From the NCBI GenBank assembly GCA_963733035.1, contig CAVTBU010000008.1:256001-320000 (forward strand): 64,000 nucleotides of DNA. Reading direction: 5' to 3'. The notes under the pieces were generated by a model. That model had not been told where the DNA came from. It did no database searches and saw only the letters and a program-made list of their open reading frames with translations. The translations under genes and the position numbers were made by a program. How positions within the stretch are numbered: position 1 is the first letter of the stretch; every line of letters begins with the position of its first letter. This document shows positions 37,084 through 47,505 of the stretch, in pieces. Source of the DNA: Pirellulales bacterium (GTDB taxonomy: Bacteria; Planctomycetota; Planctomycetia; Pirellulales; PALSA-1355).

Positions 37084-38250
37084 ATGGACTCACTTTTGTC
37101 TCGCATGCGAAAGGCATGGCCTCGCCGGTCCCGTCTCACAAACCACTTCAGTGGGTTCACAGCCGATTGGACGCGACCATCCAAGGAGCTGTATTTTGAG
37201 ACTGGTGGCACGACGGCAGAAGTCCTCGACACGGTATGTCGGTTGTTTTCAGCGGGTCGGGACGCCGCGGTCTATGAATACCTGAGACAGAACGCCGCAT
37301 CTCCGCTGCAAATTCCGTTCTACTATCTCGAATTGGTTCGGGGAAATCGTCTCGGGAATAGCATCGTTTCAAACACGCTCACCGCCGAGCAGATGCGGTT
37401 GGGGTACCAATCCATCCTACAGCGGTCTCCGGGGTACAAGGATATTCTGCGCCGATTGCTGCTGATGCGTTCGTCTCCTGACCTTGTCATTAAGACGCTT
37501 TTGAGCAGCAGGGAGGCGATCATGCGAATGCCGCGTCTTTTTACGAGCGCATTTCCTCATGCTCGTCGTTTGTGGCACTTGCACATACCCAAGACGGCCG
37601 GAACCACCTTTTTCACCGCTGCAGTCGAGAGCGGTTGGGGCTTTGTCAACATAAATACGCTTTCAGATTCCCTGGGAAGTGTCCACCGCCTCGCCGGGGC
37701 AATACGGCTCCGTCCCGAAGATGATGGCGATGTGATCATATCCGGGCATTGGCACCTTTTCGACTATCTGGACTGCATACCACGGGAAGATCGCATTTTG
37801 GTTTTCGTCAGGGATCCTCTGGAATTGATGGTGTCTGAGTTCAACTACGCGGTGGACGTGGTCAACCGCCGTTCGAACGTGCATGCCGGAGAGGCCGCCC
37901 CATTCTTCGAACGAGGGCTAGACCCAATGAGTTTCCGAAGAACGTACGACCGCGGTTTCTTTTCGTTCAACCTCCAATGTTCCTACTTGTCCAAACGCGG
38001 AACCTTTCGATCGGCGTTGGATAACCTCAACCGGTGCCATGCGGAGCTGATACCTTCTGAGTACGTGAACCGTGCCATCCTGAGACACTTTCCGCACGTG
38101 GCCGAAAGGCGGGACAATGTCTCAAACAAGTATGTTCACACCGGCGACATTGATCGCACCACGCGCGAAAAGATTCTCGTCCGATGCCATCACGATGTCT
38201 TGCTCTATCAGAGCGCCAAGTGGCGTTTGCAGGATAACGACTTGGGCTGA
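37084..38250 (+). CDS. Sulfotransferase-family domain protein
   Basis: HLHIPKTAGTT 5'-PSB-like motif, ISGH, RDPLELMVSEFNY 3'-PB-like motif; start uncertain. Confidence 0.7.
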   Translation: MDSLLSRMRKAWPRRSRLTNHFSGFTADWTRPSKELYFETGGTTAEVLDTVCRLFSAGRDAAVYEYLRQNAASPLQIPFYYLELVRGNRLGNSIVSNTLTAEQMRLGYQSILQRSPGYKDILRRLLLMRSSPDLVIKTLLSSREAIMRMPRLFTSAFPHARRLWHLHIPKTAGTTFFTAAVESGWGFVNINTLSDSLGSVHRLAGAIRLRPEDDGDVIISGHWHLFDYLDCIPREDRILVFVRDPLELMVSEFNYAVDVVNRRSNVHAGEAAPFFERGLDPMSFRRTYDRGFFSFNLQCSYLSKRGTFRSALDNLNRCHAELIPSEYVNRAILRHFPHVAERRDNVSNKYVHTGDIDRTTREKILVRCHHDVLLYQSAKWRLQDNDLG

Positions 38251-38307
38251 CGGTTTCCGCGAGATCGCTTGAGCTTGTCGCTACCGTTAGAGGTTCAGGC
38301 CACCGAC

Positions 38308-41300
38308 TCAATCGACTGCCGCCCGCCCGCGCATCGCGCGACCAATCCACTCATCCTCGAAGAGTAATGCCCAGTCCCAATCGTCTGCATGCGCCCAGAA
38401 GGCGGCCAATGACGCGGTTGTCGGCGTCGGGGAGGCGGTTGCGACCATGTTCGGCACGCGAATTTGTCGATCGGCGAGCGGCTCTCTCTTCACCGTAGCT
38501 ATTCCAGGAACCACCGTCGTTCGCATCTCGAAAGCGGCATCAGCGGCGGTCGGCGCCGCGATTGCGGGGACCAGGTCCCGATTTCCCTGCAGCCACATAA
38601 GATACCCGATCGCCCCAGGATGCATCCGCGCAATGATCTGATCGGCGGCGTTGACTTTGCCGTCGCGGTTGAAGTCATAAGGGTTGTCGATCGCAACCTC
38701 GAAACCAACGTTCTGACGCACTAGAACTTCATCGCTGGCATCGGTGGTCGGCAGGGAATATTTCGCGTGTGTCGATCCCACCTTATTGCCAAAGAAGTAA
38801 ACCTCCGACGCAGCCAGGCCAGTATGGGCGTTATGACCACCCACCAGATCGTTTCCCGCGACGATCACGCGTAGCCAGCGGTCGACGATCGCCCCGTCCG
38901 GCCAGATGAGCGTCATCCGATCCGAACCGAACAAGCCTTCGCCCGTGCGAACGGTCAGCGAAGTCGGTTCAGGCGCCGAACTCCATCGAAACGTTCGTGG
39001 CACCGTAGTAGCGGAACCGGCTTCACTCCACTCGAAACGAAAATCGGCCAGTCTCGGTGCATTAGCCATGCCCACGACGTCGAACATCAGGCCGTTGATG
39101 CCACGTACATAGCTAGTCACGTTTTCCATGTCGGAGGTATCAGGAACCTGGTAAGCCTGCTTGTCCGTTGCGATGGCGCCGTCATCCTGCCGGCTCGGCC
39201 CACTGGTATAGCCGTCGAAGTACGAATTGTTGTAGAAGAGATGGGTTGCCAATACGGCGGGCGACGGGTCGCGCGGCACAATCCAGGGATCGGCGCCGTA
39301 GACCGGATCGCGCGTGCTGTAAAATAGGGTCCCGCCGACATTTGCAAGACCGTGAGGATAGGCATCGAAATGGTAGGCCGCCGGGGATCGTTTGCTGAGT
39401 AAAACCGTTCCGACGACCGTTCCGTCCGACTGCCAAACTCCGTCGCCAGACAGGAAGTACACGCTGTCGTTGGCAACGATCATTTCCTCCGGCTGCGCGT
39501 ACTCGTCCAGTTGCAATGTTCCGCTGGCTGTACCATCACTCCTCCAAATTCCCCCCGACTTGCCGAACACTAGCGCGCCGTTGAAGTTAACCGCGGGGCC
39601 ATCGTACGAGTCTCCCGCCACAAATGGCCTGGTTCCCGACGCCGTGCCATCGGTTTCCCATAGGACCCTGTTCCAGTTGGCCAATTTCAACGCAAAATAC
39701 AAAACGCCGTTGACATTCGTAAAATCGAACAGTTCCGAGTCGGAGTCCGCGCCCCCTGCCGTGATGTCCGCGACCAGGGCCGTGCCTTGTTCGGTACCGT
39801 CACTGCGCCACAGTTCGTTGCCATGCTCCCCGTCGTTCGCGACGAAATACAGAGTCTCGTTCTCGTATGTCAGATTTGCGACGTCGGCAGCTCCGTGCGG
39901 GTTGATATCTTTGACCAGCGTAGTCCCCGCGTCGGTTCCGTCACTTTTCCACAATTCCAGTCCATGCGAGCCGTCATTGGCGACAAAGTACAGCACTCCG
40001 CCGGCGTTGAGCAGGTTCGTCGGACTCGATCCGGAACTCCCGAGTTGCAGATCCGTCACCATCACGGTGCCGTCCGCGGTACCATCGCTTTTCCAAAGCT
40101 CCACACCGTGGACGCCGTCATTCGCCGAAAAATAAAGCGTGCCGTCGACGTTCGTCAGGTATTGCGGATCGGAACTCCCGTCGGCGCGAAGATCTTTGAT
40201 CAGGACCGTTCCCTCCAGCGTGCCGTCGCTTCGCCAGAGTTCGTTGCCGTGCGTGCCGTCGTTGGCTCGAAAGAACAGCACGCCGCCAACGTTCGTAAGA
40301 AAGTCAGGACGAGAGGACCCAAAACCCGGCTGGATGTCTCTGACAAGCGTTGTTCCGTCGCGTGTGCCGTCGCTGACCCACAGTTCACGACCGATGCGGT
40401 CCGAGTCCGCAACAAAAAACGCCTGGCCATTTACGTCCGTAAACTTGCCGGCGTAGCCATCGTACGGATTGGTCGTATCAATCTCCTTTACCAGTACAGT
40501 TCCAATCGTGGTTCCGTCCGTGCGCCAAAGTTCCCGCTGCGTTGTTCCGTCATCGGCGGCGAACAACAATTCGCTTCCCAAGGCGGCCATTAGTTGCGGC
40601 CGCGACTGATCCTGGCCCGGCCAGATATCCGCGACGAGACGCGTCCCCTGGACTGTCCCGTCCGTGCGCCACAACTCGCTGCCGTGCGTTCCATCATCGG
40701 CCTGGAAATACAAAATGCCGTCAAGGTTGGCCAGCGCACCGCGGACCTCGAGAGTTGGCAGCGTTTCGTCCCAAAGCATCGTTGTTCCAGCGGGGGTGCC
40801 GTCGCTGACCCACACTGGAAAGCCATGCACCCCATCGGAAGTCGTATACGTCAGTTTCCCCTTGTACTCCCTCAACCCGTTGTAGTCGGCCGACGCAATA
40901 CCGGGCGCCGTGTCCATCACGAGTTGCGTTCCCTCCGGCGTGCCGTCAGTTCTCCACAACTCGCGCCCCACGCCGGCACCAATCGCCGTGAAGAACAGCT
41001 GATCGCCCACGGCGGTCAATTGTTCGGGCAGCGACGACTGCATGCCCGGCAGGATGTCGCTCACCAGGAAGGTTCCGTCGGGTGTACCGTCGCTACGCCA
41101 CAGTTCGCGTCCCGAAGTGCCATCGTCGGCGACGAAGTACAGCAGGTCTCCAACCGCCGTGAGAAAATTCGCGTCGGTGGTTCCGGCCACTTCTCGTGGT
41201 AGGTCCATGACCAACAACGTGCCAGCCTGCGTGCCGTCGCTCTTCCAGAGGCCCAATCCGTCAGCGCCGTGCGCCAGAAAAAAGAGCGTGCCGTTCACAT

Positions 41301-41895
41301 TGGTCAAGTGCGTCGGCTCGGAGCCGCCATTCGGATTGACATCCTTGACAAGGTAGGTTCCCGCTTCGGTTCCATCGCTCCGCCAAAGTTCGCTATCGGG
41401 CGACGTTGAACTGGCAAAATACAAGACACCGTTGACGTTCACCAGGTTGGACAGTCCGCCGGGAAGAAACCTCGCCTCCACGCCGCCAACGGCAACCGTA
41501 CCGCTCTCCGTGCCGTCACTCTTCCACAACCGGTCGTTCTCGAGACCATCACTCGCAACGAAAAACAGCGTGCCGTTTACGTTGGTGAGTTGTTCGACTG
41601 TGTACGGGTGGCTGCCGTTGATATTCGGCCCGATGTCGCGCACCAACCGTGTCCCCTCGGTCGTGCCGTCGCTTAGCCACAGTTCGCGCCCATGCACGCG
41701 ATCGTCGGCCACAAAAAACAGTTGGTCCTCTACCTTGGCGAACTCAACGTCGGAGTAATCCAGCGCACCTTCATCCGGGCTTCCGAGGTCAATCAGCAAT
41801 TCCGGCACCGCCGCCAGCAGGTGGCGATTTTCGAGGGCCTCAAAGCGTCGGCACTGATCAACCCCGAGCGACTGCGTCCATGCAGGCCATTTCAT
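38308..41895 (-). CDS. ELWxxDGT-repeat secreted protein with planctomycete C-terminal module and dockerin-like motif
   Basis: FEALENRHLL N-terminal motif; many ELW(R/K)(S/T)DGT repeats; DFNRDGKVNAAD. Confidence 0.9.
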   Translation of the reverse strand: MKWPAWTQSLGVDQCRRFEALENRHLLAAVPELLIDLGSPDEGALDYSDVEFAKVEDQLFFVADDRVHGRELWLSDGTTEGTRLVRDIGPNINGSHPYTVEQLTNVNGTLFFVASDGLENDRLWKSDGTESGTVAVGGVEARFLPGGLSNLVNVNGVLYFASSTSPDSELWRSDGTEAGTYLVKDVNPNGGSEPTHLTNVNGTLFFLAHGADGLGLWKSDGTQAGTLLVMDLPREVAGTTDANFLTAVGDLLYFVADDGTSGRELWRSDGTPDGTFLVSDILPGMQSSLPEQLTAVGDQLFFTAIGAGVGRELWRTDGTPEGTQLVMDTAPGIASADYNGLREYKGKLTYTTSDGVHGFPVWVSDGTPAGTTMLWDETLPTLEVRGALANLDGILYFQADDGTHGSELWRTDGTVQGTRLVADIWPGQDQSRPQLMAALGSELLFAADDGTTQRELWRTDGTTIGTVLVKEIDTTNPYDGYAGKFTDVNGQAFFVADSDRIGRELWVSDGTRDGTTLVRDIQPGFGSSRPDFLTNVGGVLFFRANDGTHGNELWRSDGTLEGTVLIKDLRADGSSDPQYLTNVDGTLYFSANDGVHGVELWKSDGTADGTVMVTDLQLGSSGSSPTNLLNAGGVLYFVANDGSHGLELWKSDGTDAGTTLVKDINPHGAADVANLTYENETLYFVANDGEHGNELWRSDGTEQGTALVADITAGGADSDSELFDFTNVNGVLYFALKLANWNRVLWETDGTASGTRPFVAGDSYDGPAVNFNGALVFGKSGGIWRSDGTASGTLQLDEYAQPEEMIVANDSVYFLSGDGVWQSDGTVVGTVLLSKRSPAAYHFDAYPHGLANVGGTLFYSTRDPVYGADPWIVPRDPSPAVLATHLFYNNSYFDGYTSGPSRQDDGAIATDKQAYQVPDTSDMENVTSYVRGINGLMFDVVGMANAPRLADFRFEWSEAGSATTVPRTFRWSSAPEPTSLTVRTGEGLFGSDRMTLIWPDGAIVDRWLRVIVAGNDLVGGHNAHTGLAASEVYFFGNKVGSTHAKYSLPTTDASDEVLVRQNVGFEVAIDNPYDFNRDGKVNAADQIIARMHPGAIGYLMWLQGNRDLVPAIAAPTAADAAFEMRTTVVPGIATVKREPLADRQIRVPNMVATASPTPTTASLAAFWAHADDWDWALLFEDEWIGRAMRGRAAVD

Positions 41896-41957
41896 TCGTG
41901 TGACTTCCCTGACTGCTTCTGGGGTTGCAAGGTCTAACCCGAGTGAGGGGACAGCGA

Positions 41958-41986
41958 AGTCTAGAAGTACCCAAACGTCAGGTCAA
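41958..41986 (-). promoter_or_regulatory. Sigma70-type promoter
   Basis: TTGACC-N17-TAGACT; the same hexamers recur upstream of the paralogue. Confidence 0.7.
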
Positions 41987-42081
41987 CCGGAGTTAAACAG
42001 GTGCGACGTGCCAAGCTTAATGTCCCGGTGTACGCCTGAAACGCAGACGACTACATTCTTGCGGGCGACAAACCACAACGA

Positions 42082-45000
42082 CTATCGCCCGTGGGAATGA
42101 CCGAGCCCAAACCACCAGTTGTCAACGAGCGACTCGACTCGAGCGTCGTCCGTCGCGGCCAGCGCAAACGCCACGACATCCTGATCTTCGTCGATCGCCG
42201 GCACATCGGGAGTCCAAAGGGCTCCTTGCGGCGGCACTTCCACCGTCGTCGGCGTTGCGATCGTCCCGCCCAAAGCCAATAGCGGCAAGAACCCCACGCT
42301 CGTATGGGCAATCCCCTCGTCCGCCGCGTCGACTTGCCCGTCTCGATTGAAATCATAGATGCTGGTCACAAATTCAGCAGCTGACGCATGGAGGCGAACC
42401 GCAATGGCATCGGCCGCATTCGTGACCAAAAGCCGATCGGGCGAAAACGCGAACGTATCGCCAACCCGATTGCCAAAATAAAACACGTCGCTCTCGGCCA
42501 ATCCGGTGTTCGTGTTAAAGCCGCCCTGGGCATCATTCCCCTTGACGATCACTTGCAGCCACGTATTTTTGATTGCACCATCGGGCCAGATGATTTCCAC
42601 ACGATCCGATCCATTCGCACCGGCCCCCGCGCGAACCGTAATCTCCGCCGGATCAGGTGCGGCCGTCCACAACTCGGGGGCATTGTTCGTGCCAATTCGG
42701 AAATCAAAGTCGGCAGCCGTCAGCGCGCCATGGATGCCCACCAGATCGATCATCAGCCCGTTGATCCCCTTGTCGTAGCTGGTGACGCTGTTGGCCGACG
42801 CGCCCCCCGCACTCGGCCGGTAGGCGACTTTGTCGGTGGCAATTGCCTCATCGTCGGGCGTGCTGGCTTCGGCAGTCATCTGGTCGAACGTCGACTCGTT
42901 GTAAAAGACGTGGCGGCCCACAACGACACTGGCCTCATGCAACGTCCACAGTTCCGCTCCAACCGATGAGTCACGATTGGCAAAGAACAGCTTGCCCGAC
43001 GCGGTTTCCAGGTATTCCGCGTCGATCCGATCGCTGACTTTGACGGTTCCGGACGACGTTCCGTCCGATGTCCACAGGGTCTCGTCATTCGCGAGAAAGT
43101 AGAGGGCGCCGCCCACGTTGATCAACTGTCTCGGGTAAGACCCAGCCGGACCTGGCGCAATGTCCTTGACCAGTTGTGTCCCGACGGTCGTACCGTCGGT
43201 TTTCCAAAGCTCGCTTCCTGTCGCATCGTCGCTTTTGACGAAGTAGCACGTGCCGTCGACTTCCGTTAGTTCGCTAGACCATCCCTCGGCGATCACTTGC
43301 GTCCCCGCGACCGTGCCATCACTTTCAAACAGCGCTCCATGACCCGAATCGTCGATTCCGTCAAAAAGCAATAATCCGCCGAGGCTTTCCAAATACCTTG
43401 TCGATGTCAATTGACGCAGTGCGACCGTTCCTTCTGTCGTGCCATCGCTTGTCCACAAGGTGCGCACGCTGCCGACATCGCGGAGGAAGAACAGACGGCC
43501 GTTTGCATTTGTCAGATACGTCACGTCGGTGCGACTTGTTTCCGGATCAAAATCCTTGACCCGCGTTGTCCCATCGTGCGTGCCGTTGCTTTTCCACAAG
43601 TCGACTCCGCTCCCATCATCGGCAGCGAAAAACAGGTCGCCGCCTACGTGCCCCAAGTCGCTCAGACCTGAGTTGAAGCCCTTGATTAGACTTGTTCCTT
43701 CGGTCGTCCCATCGCTCTCCCACAACTCCTTGCCGTACCTAAAGAACAGCATGCCGTCGACGACGTCGGCATCCCAGTAACCAAACGAATTACTCGCAAT
43801 GCCAAAGTCGTGCACGAGCACGGTCCCTGCCGACGTCCCGTCACTTCTCCACAATGCCGATCCGTACTTGTCGTCGCTCCAGTTTGTAACGTACGTGACC
43901 AAGATCAACGCGACGCCGTTCACGTTGTACATGGAATTCACCGAAGTACCGCGCAGCCCCGGCGTGATATCCTTGACCAACGCGGTACCATCGGTTGTGC
44001 CGTCGGTTCTCCAGAGTTCCTCGCCATGATTTCCATCATTGGCCAGAAAGAGCGTCGTGCCATTAATCCCCACAAACGCCATCGGCCAAGACGATCCGTC
44101 AGTCACCGTGGTGTTGATGTCCTTGATGAGCATCGTGCCCGTGGGAGTTCCATCTGTCGTCCATAGCTCGTCTCCGTACGACCCTGCGTCGCTTGAGAAT
44201 ATAAGGGAGTTGCCAAGCACAACACCCCCTGAGGCGCGGAAACCGCTCGACCAGTCTTCTAACAAGACGGATACGCCGAGATCGTCAGCGCCCCAAAGTT
44301 GAATGACAGTATTGTCGCGCAGTACCTCAAACAACGCCTTGCCGTTAACGATTGCCAATGGACGCACCGAGATTTGATAGCTGGACGAAATCTCTTGGAC
44401 CAAACGGGTGCCCGCTTCCGTCCCGTCGCTCTTCCAAATTCCAACCTGATAGTCCGTCCCCCAAGCCTGGAAATACAGCGTTCCACCCAGGTTGATCAAC
44501 CACCGAGGTTCAGAGCTGCTGTAAGCATGAATATCCTGGACTCGCGTTGTCCCTTCGCTGGTGCCGTCGGACTTCCATAGCTCCACGTCGCCCGCGGAAT
44601 CCATGCCTGCAAACAGCAACTCGCCATTGAGATTGGCCATTCCGACGAAATAACCTGGCAGGCGTACGCCATCGATCATCGCGGTCCCAGCGGCGGTCCC
44701 ATCGCTCTTCCAGAGGGAGTGATGTGCCGGATAATCGGCCTCAAAAAAAAGCGTGCCGCTGACCTTCGTGACCAGCCGGATACCGTCCGACGACGTCCCC
44801 GGATTGATATCCTTCACCATCACTGTTCCGGCGGCAGTTCCGTCACTGGTCCACAGCTCTTCGCCATGCACCCCGTCGTCGGCGGTGAATACCAGCTTGC
44901 CATTCAGCTCCGTCAGGTAGCCCGGCGAACTACTTGCATTACCGGCGGCGATGTCTTTGACCATCATCGTTCCGGAGGCGGTGCCGTCACTCTTCCAAAG

Positions 45001-45477
45001 TTCGCGTCCGGCGTCGCCAGAACCGGCCGAGAAATACACGGCGTCACCGACTACGGCCAATCCGTACGGAAAGTCAGCGTGGTCCGCAGGCATATCCACA
45101 GCAACAACAGTCCCCGCGGAAGTGCCATCGCTTTTCCAGATCCGAAAGGAGTCTTCGTAGTACCAAAAGACCCACAGATGGTCGCCGAAGACGACCAGCT
45201 TTTGTCCAATACCGCGTACGCCTCCGAGGCTCTTGACGAGTTCCGTGCCCGCCTCCGTGCCGTCGGTTTTGCAAAGCTCGGAATCTTTCGTCGTGAAGTA
45301 GACCGCGCCCTGAAACGCCACAAAGTTCGCGGGGTCGGAATCCGCGGTCGTCGCGTTGATGTCTTTGACCAGCGCCGGGACGGAAGTGAGCATCCGCCGC
45401 TCTTCCAGCGACTCAAAACATCGCGACCAAGTTGCGCGCTCAGAGCGCGCGAGCCAATTCCGTTTTATTCGAGTCAT
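42082..45477 (-). CDS. ELWxxDGT-repeat secreted protein (paralogue)
   Basis: FESLEERRML motif; ELWKSDGT repeats; shared C-terminal module; DFNRDGQVDAAD; GGAGG before ATG at 45477. Confidence 0.9.
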   Translation of the reverse strand: MTRIKRNWLARSERATWSRCFESLEERRMLTSVPALVKDINATTADSDPANFVAFQGAVYFTTKDSELCKTDGTEAGTELVKSLGGVRGIGQKLVVFGDHLWVFWYYEDSFRIWKSDGTSAGTVVAVDMPADHADFPYGLAVVGDAVYFSAGSGDAGRELWKSDGTASGTMMVKDIAAGNASSSPGYLTELNGKLVFTADDGVHGEELWTSDGTAAGTVMVKDINPGTSSDGIRLVTKVSGTLFFEADYPAHHSLWKSDGTAAGTAMIDGVRLPGYFVGMANLNGELLFAGMDSAGDVELWKSDGTSEGTTRVQDIHAYSSSEPRWLINLGGTLYFQAWGTDYQVGIWKSDGTEAGTRLVQEISSSYQISVRPLAIVNGKALFEVLRDNTVIQLWGADDLGVSVLLEDWSSGFRASGGVVLGNSLIFSSDAGSYGDELWTTDGTPTGTMLIKDINTTVTDGSSWPMAFVGINGTTLFLANDGNHGEELWRTDGTTDGTALVKDITPGLRGTSVNSMYNVNGVALILVTYVTNWSDDKYGSALWRSDGTSAGTVLVHDFGIASNSFGYWDADVVDGMLFFRYGKELWESDGTTEGTSLIKGFNSGLSDLGHVGGDLFFAADDGSGVDLWKSNGTHDGTTRVKDFDPETSRTDVTYLTNANGRLFFLRDVGSVRTLWTSDGTTEGTVALRQLTSTRYLESLGGLLLFDGIDDSGHGALFESDGTVAGTQVIAEGWSSELTEVDGTCYFVKSDDATGSELWKTDGTTVGTQLVKDIAPGPAGSYPRQLINVGGALYFLANDETLWTSDGTSSGTVKVSDRIDAEYLETASGKLFFANRDSSVGAELWTLHEASVVVGRHVFYNESTFDQMTAEASTPDDEAIATDKVAYRPSAGGASANSVTSYDKGINGLMIDLVGIHGALTAADFDFRIGTNNAPELWTAAPDPAEITVRAGAGANGSDRVEIIWPDGAIKNTWLQVIVKGNDAQGGFNTNTGLAESDVFYFGNRVGDTFAFSPDRLLVTNAADAIAVRLHASAAEFVTSIYDFNRDGQVDAADEGIAHTSVGFLPLLALGGTIATPTTVEVPPQGALWTPDVPAIDEDQDVVAFALAATDDARVESLVDNWWFGLGHSHGR

Positions 45478-45525
45478 CCTTGACCGACCTCCGAGATCCA
45501 CCAACCCGAGCGAGGGGGCAGGGGA

Positions 45526-45554
45526 AGTCTAGATGGCGCGCCAAGGCAGGTCAA
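45526..45554 (-). promoter_or_regulatory. Sigma70-type promoter
   Basis: TTGACC-N17-TAGACT. Confidence 0.7.
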
Positions 45555-45628
45555 TCGGAATCGATCGCCTCGCCCCTCTGCACGGCGTGGCGTTAAGATG
45601 CGAATCGTGAAAAGGCAGTCCGGTTACG

Positions 45629-46465
45629 CTAGAACCGCCAGCCAAAACCCGTATTCGCGAAGAAGTTCGCCGCGTCGGGCGTGACGCCCCAGCCGAGGCG
45701 CAAACCGACTTCCAGGTTGGGCGTGAAGTTGTAGTGCGCGCCGGGGCTAATGAACCCGCGCTGGGTATCCTGGATCCAGCCTTGCGAGTAGACGCCGAAG
45801 TACTCCAGGTGCGCGTGCCAGCGCTCGGTCACCGGAATGCGCAGCACGATCGACGGGCCCCAGCGGTTGAACGCGATATTCCGCTCATTGCCCATCGCAT
45901 ACCGCAGCGCCGAGTCGAGCCGCCAGCCGTTCGCCAGTTCCCAGCCGCCGGAATACGTAACCACCGGCTGCGAAGCCGGTGCGTCGCCGCTGGTGGGCGT
46001 GAAACCCTCGACAATGGCACAGCTTCGCGGAATCCAGCCCCGCTGGTCGGTGAGTGACACTTTCACTCCGTACAGCGTGTGCGACTCATAAGAAACGCCT
46101 TCACCGGTCAGCCCCTCGGAGCTTTCCTCGGCAGTCACCACGTTGCCTGCGCCACCGGCTTCGTAGTTCCAGCCCAGCCGCAATTCAATCCGGTCGGTAA
46201 GGCCGTAACGAAACAGAGTTTCCGGAAAGCTGTTGATGTCCGCGTCATGGCGGTTGTCGATATACGAATACGACGACTCAAGCACGTACCACCCCGTCCC
46301 CACGGTGTCGGTGGCCGGAGTAAACGCATCGCGGTCGGTCTCCAGCTCGGGCAGCAGGTTGAATTCCGAAAGCTGCTCCTGTCCTGCGGCAAATCGGGCA
46401 CCACGGACCAACGGCACAAAGGCCAGCAGGACGATGGAGACGAACATTGCAAAGCGGCGCGACAT
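45629..46465 (-). CDS. Outer-membrane beta-barrel ('transporter'/MetA-pathway-like family)
   Basis: Signal peptide, ETDR.FT, RYGLTDRIELR, alternating beta-strands, C-terminal Phe. Confidence 0.75.
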   Translation of the reverse strand: MSRRFAMFVSIVLLAFVPLVRGARFAAGQEQLSEFNLLPELETDRDAFTPATDTVGTGWYVLESSYSYIDNRHDADINSFPETLFRYGLTDRIELRLGWNYEAGGAGNVVTAEESSEGLTGEGVSYESHTLYGVKVSLTDQRGWIPRSCAIVEGFTPTSGDAPASQPVVTYSGGWELANGWRLDSALRYAMGNERNIAFNRWGPSIVLRIPVTERWHAHLEYFGVYSQGWIQDTQRGFISPGAHYNFTPNLEVGLRLGWGVTPDAANFFANTGFGWRF

Positions 46466-46821
46466 GGACAAGGCATCAAAGAAAACGTTTAGGTGTCGCC
46501 TTGGCTGAGACGAGGCCGGTTGTCTCGCCACGCTGCAGTTCTCTGCTCGTGCGGCCGAATTGCTCCCCCGGCAGCCGATTCGTTTACGGGGAAAGCCGGT
46601 CGTGGTACCAGCTATCGACAGGAGCCTCACTATCGCGTTAGGTCGATGGAAGTTACATCGAGTTCGCAATCCTCCCAAGTTGAGGATCGCTCGGATCGCG
46701 CCGCTCAGTCAAAGTGGGCAAGAGTTGCGGGCACCCTCGCAGTGGCCAAGGGTCGAGCGGGCAGGGGGCCGATCAAAAACTTGATAGCATCCCAAGCAAC
46801 GAATCGCAGGAGTTCACCACC

Positions 46822-46998
46822 ATGCCGTCGATGTTCGAGTTTGTCGTGGTCGTCCTGGCGATGGGAAAAGCACTCTTGATGGTGGGTGGAATCGTCGCGA
46901 GCGTTTGCGCCGTCTCCTGGTCCGCTCGCATCGCCTGGCAGCAGTTGGCCCAGGATGCATCGCCAGCGACTCAAGGGCCGCAGCCTAACCGCGGATAA
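46822..46998 (+). CDS. Small hypothetical membrane peptide (58 aa)
   Basis: AGGAG RBS, long hydrophobic stretch. Confidence 0.4.
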   Translation: MPSMFEFVVVVLAMGKALLMVGGIVASVCAVSWSARIAWQQLAQDASPATQGPQPNRG

Positions 46999-47049
46999 CT
47001 GGCGGCCAGGCACTTCCACGCTCGTCGCCCGCTTGTTGGAAAAAACTGG

Positions 47050-47090
47050 TTGACAATGCGCGCTGTCAGCTGTACTATCGTGCTAGTACA
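47050..47090 (+). promoter_or_regulatory. Sigma70 promoter overlapped by a YtrA-type operator
   Basis: TTGACA-N17-TACTAT; perfect inverted repeat TGTACTA-N6-TAGTACA at 47071-47090. Confidence 0.85.
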
Positions 47091-47111
47091 CAGAAACAGC
47101 GGGGCCGGAGC

Positions 47112-47501
47112 ATGTTTTTTCAGATTGATCCCAACAACGGCCTGGCCATCTACGACCAGATCGTGCGGCAGGTCAAGTTTGCCGTTGCCGGCGGTGTGCT
47201 ACGCACGGGCGAATTGGTCCCCTCGGTGCGCGAATTGGCCCGCGAGCTGGCCATCAATCCCAATACGATCGCCCGGGCATACCGGCAACTACAAGACGAG
47301 CAGGTGCTCGCGGCGGTCCGCGGCACGGGCCTCGAAATTGCCACCGGCGCCGCGCAGCGTTGCCGCCAGCAGCGATTGCATCTCATCCGCGCGCGGCTCC
47401 GCCAGGTGCTCATCGAAGCGCGACACAGCGGACTCGATCCAGACGAAATCCGCAAGCTTGTCGATACGGAATTCTCACTTGTCAGCAAACAAGGGGTTTA
47501 G
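47112..47501 (+). CDS. GntR family regulator, YtrA subfamily
   Basis: IYDQIV, PSVRELARELAINPNTIARAY; short C-terminus; followed by an ABC ATPase. Confidence 0.92.
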   Translation: MFFQIDPNNGLAIYDQIVRQVKFAVAGGVLRTGELVPSVRELARELAINPNTIARAYRQLQDEQVLAAVRGTGLEIATGAAQRCRQQRLHLIRARLRQVLIEARHSGLDPDEIRKLVDTEFSLVSKQGV

Positions 47502-47505
47502 CGCG

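Noticed and set aside
39270..45330. Periodic DNA similarity that could suggest a CRISPR or other nucleotide array
   Set aside because: The repeats are degenerate at synonymous positions and are explained by ELWxxDGT protein repeats; there is no repeat-spacer structure and no cas operon.
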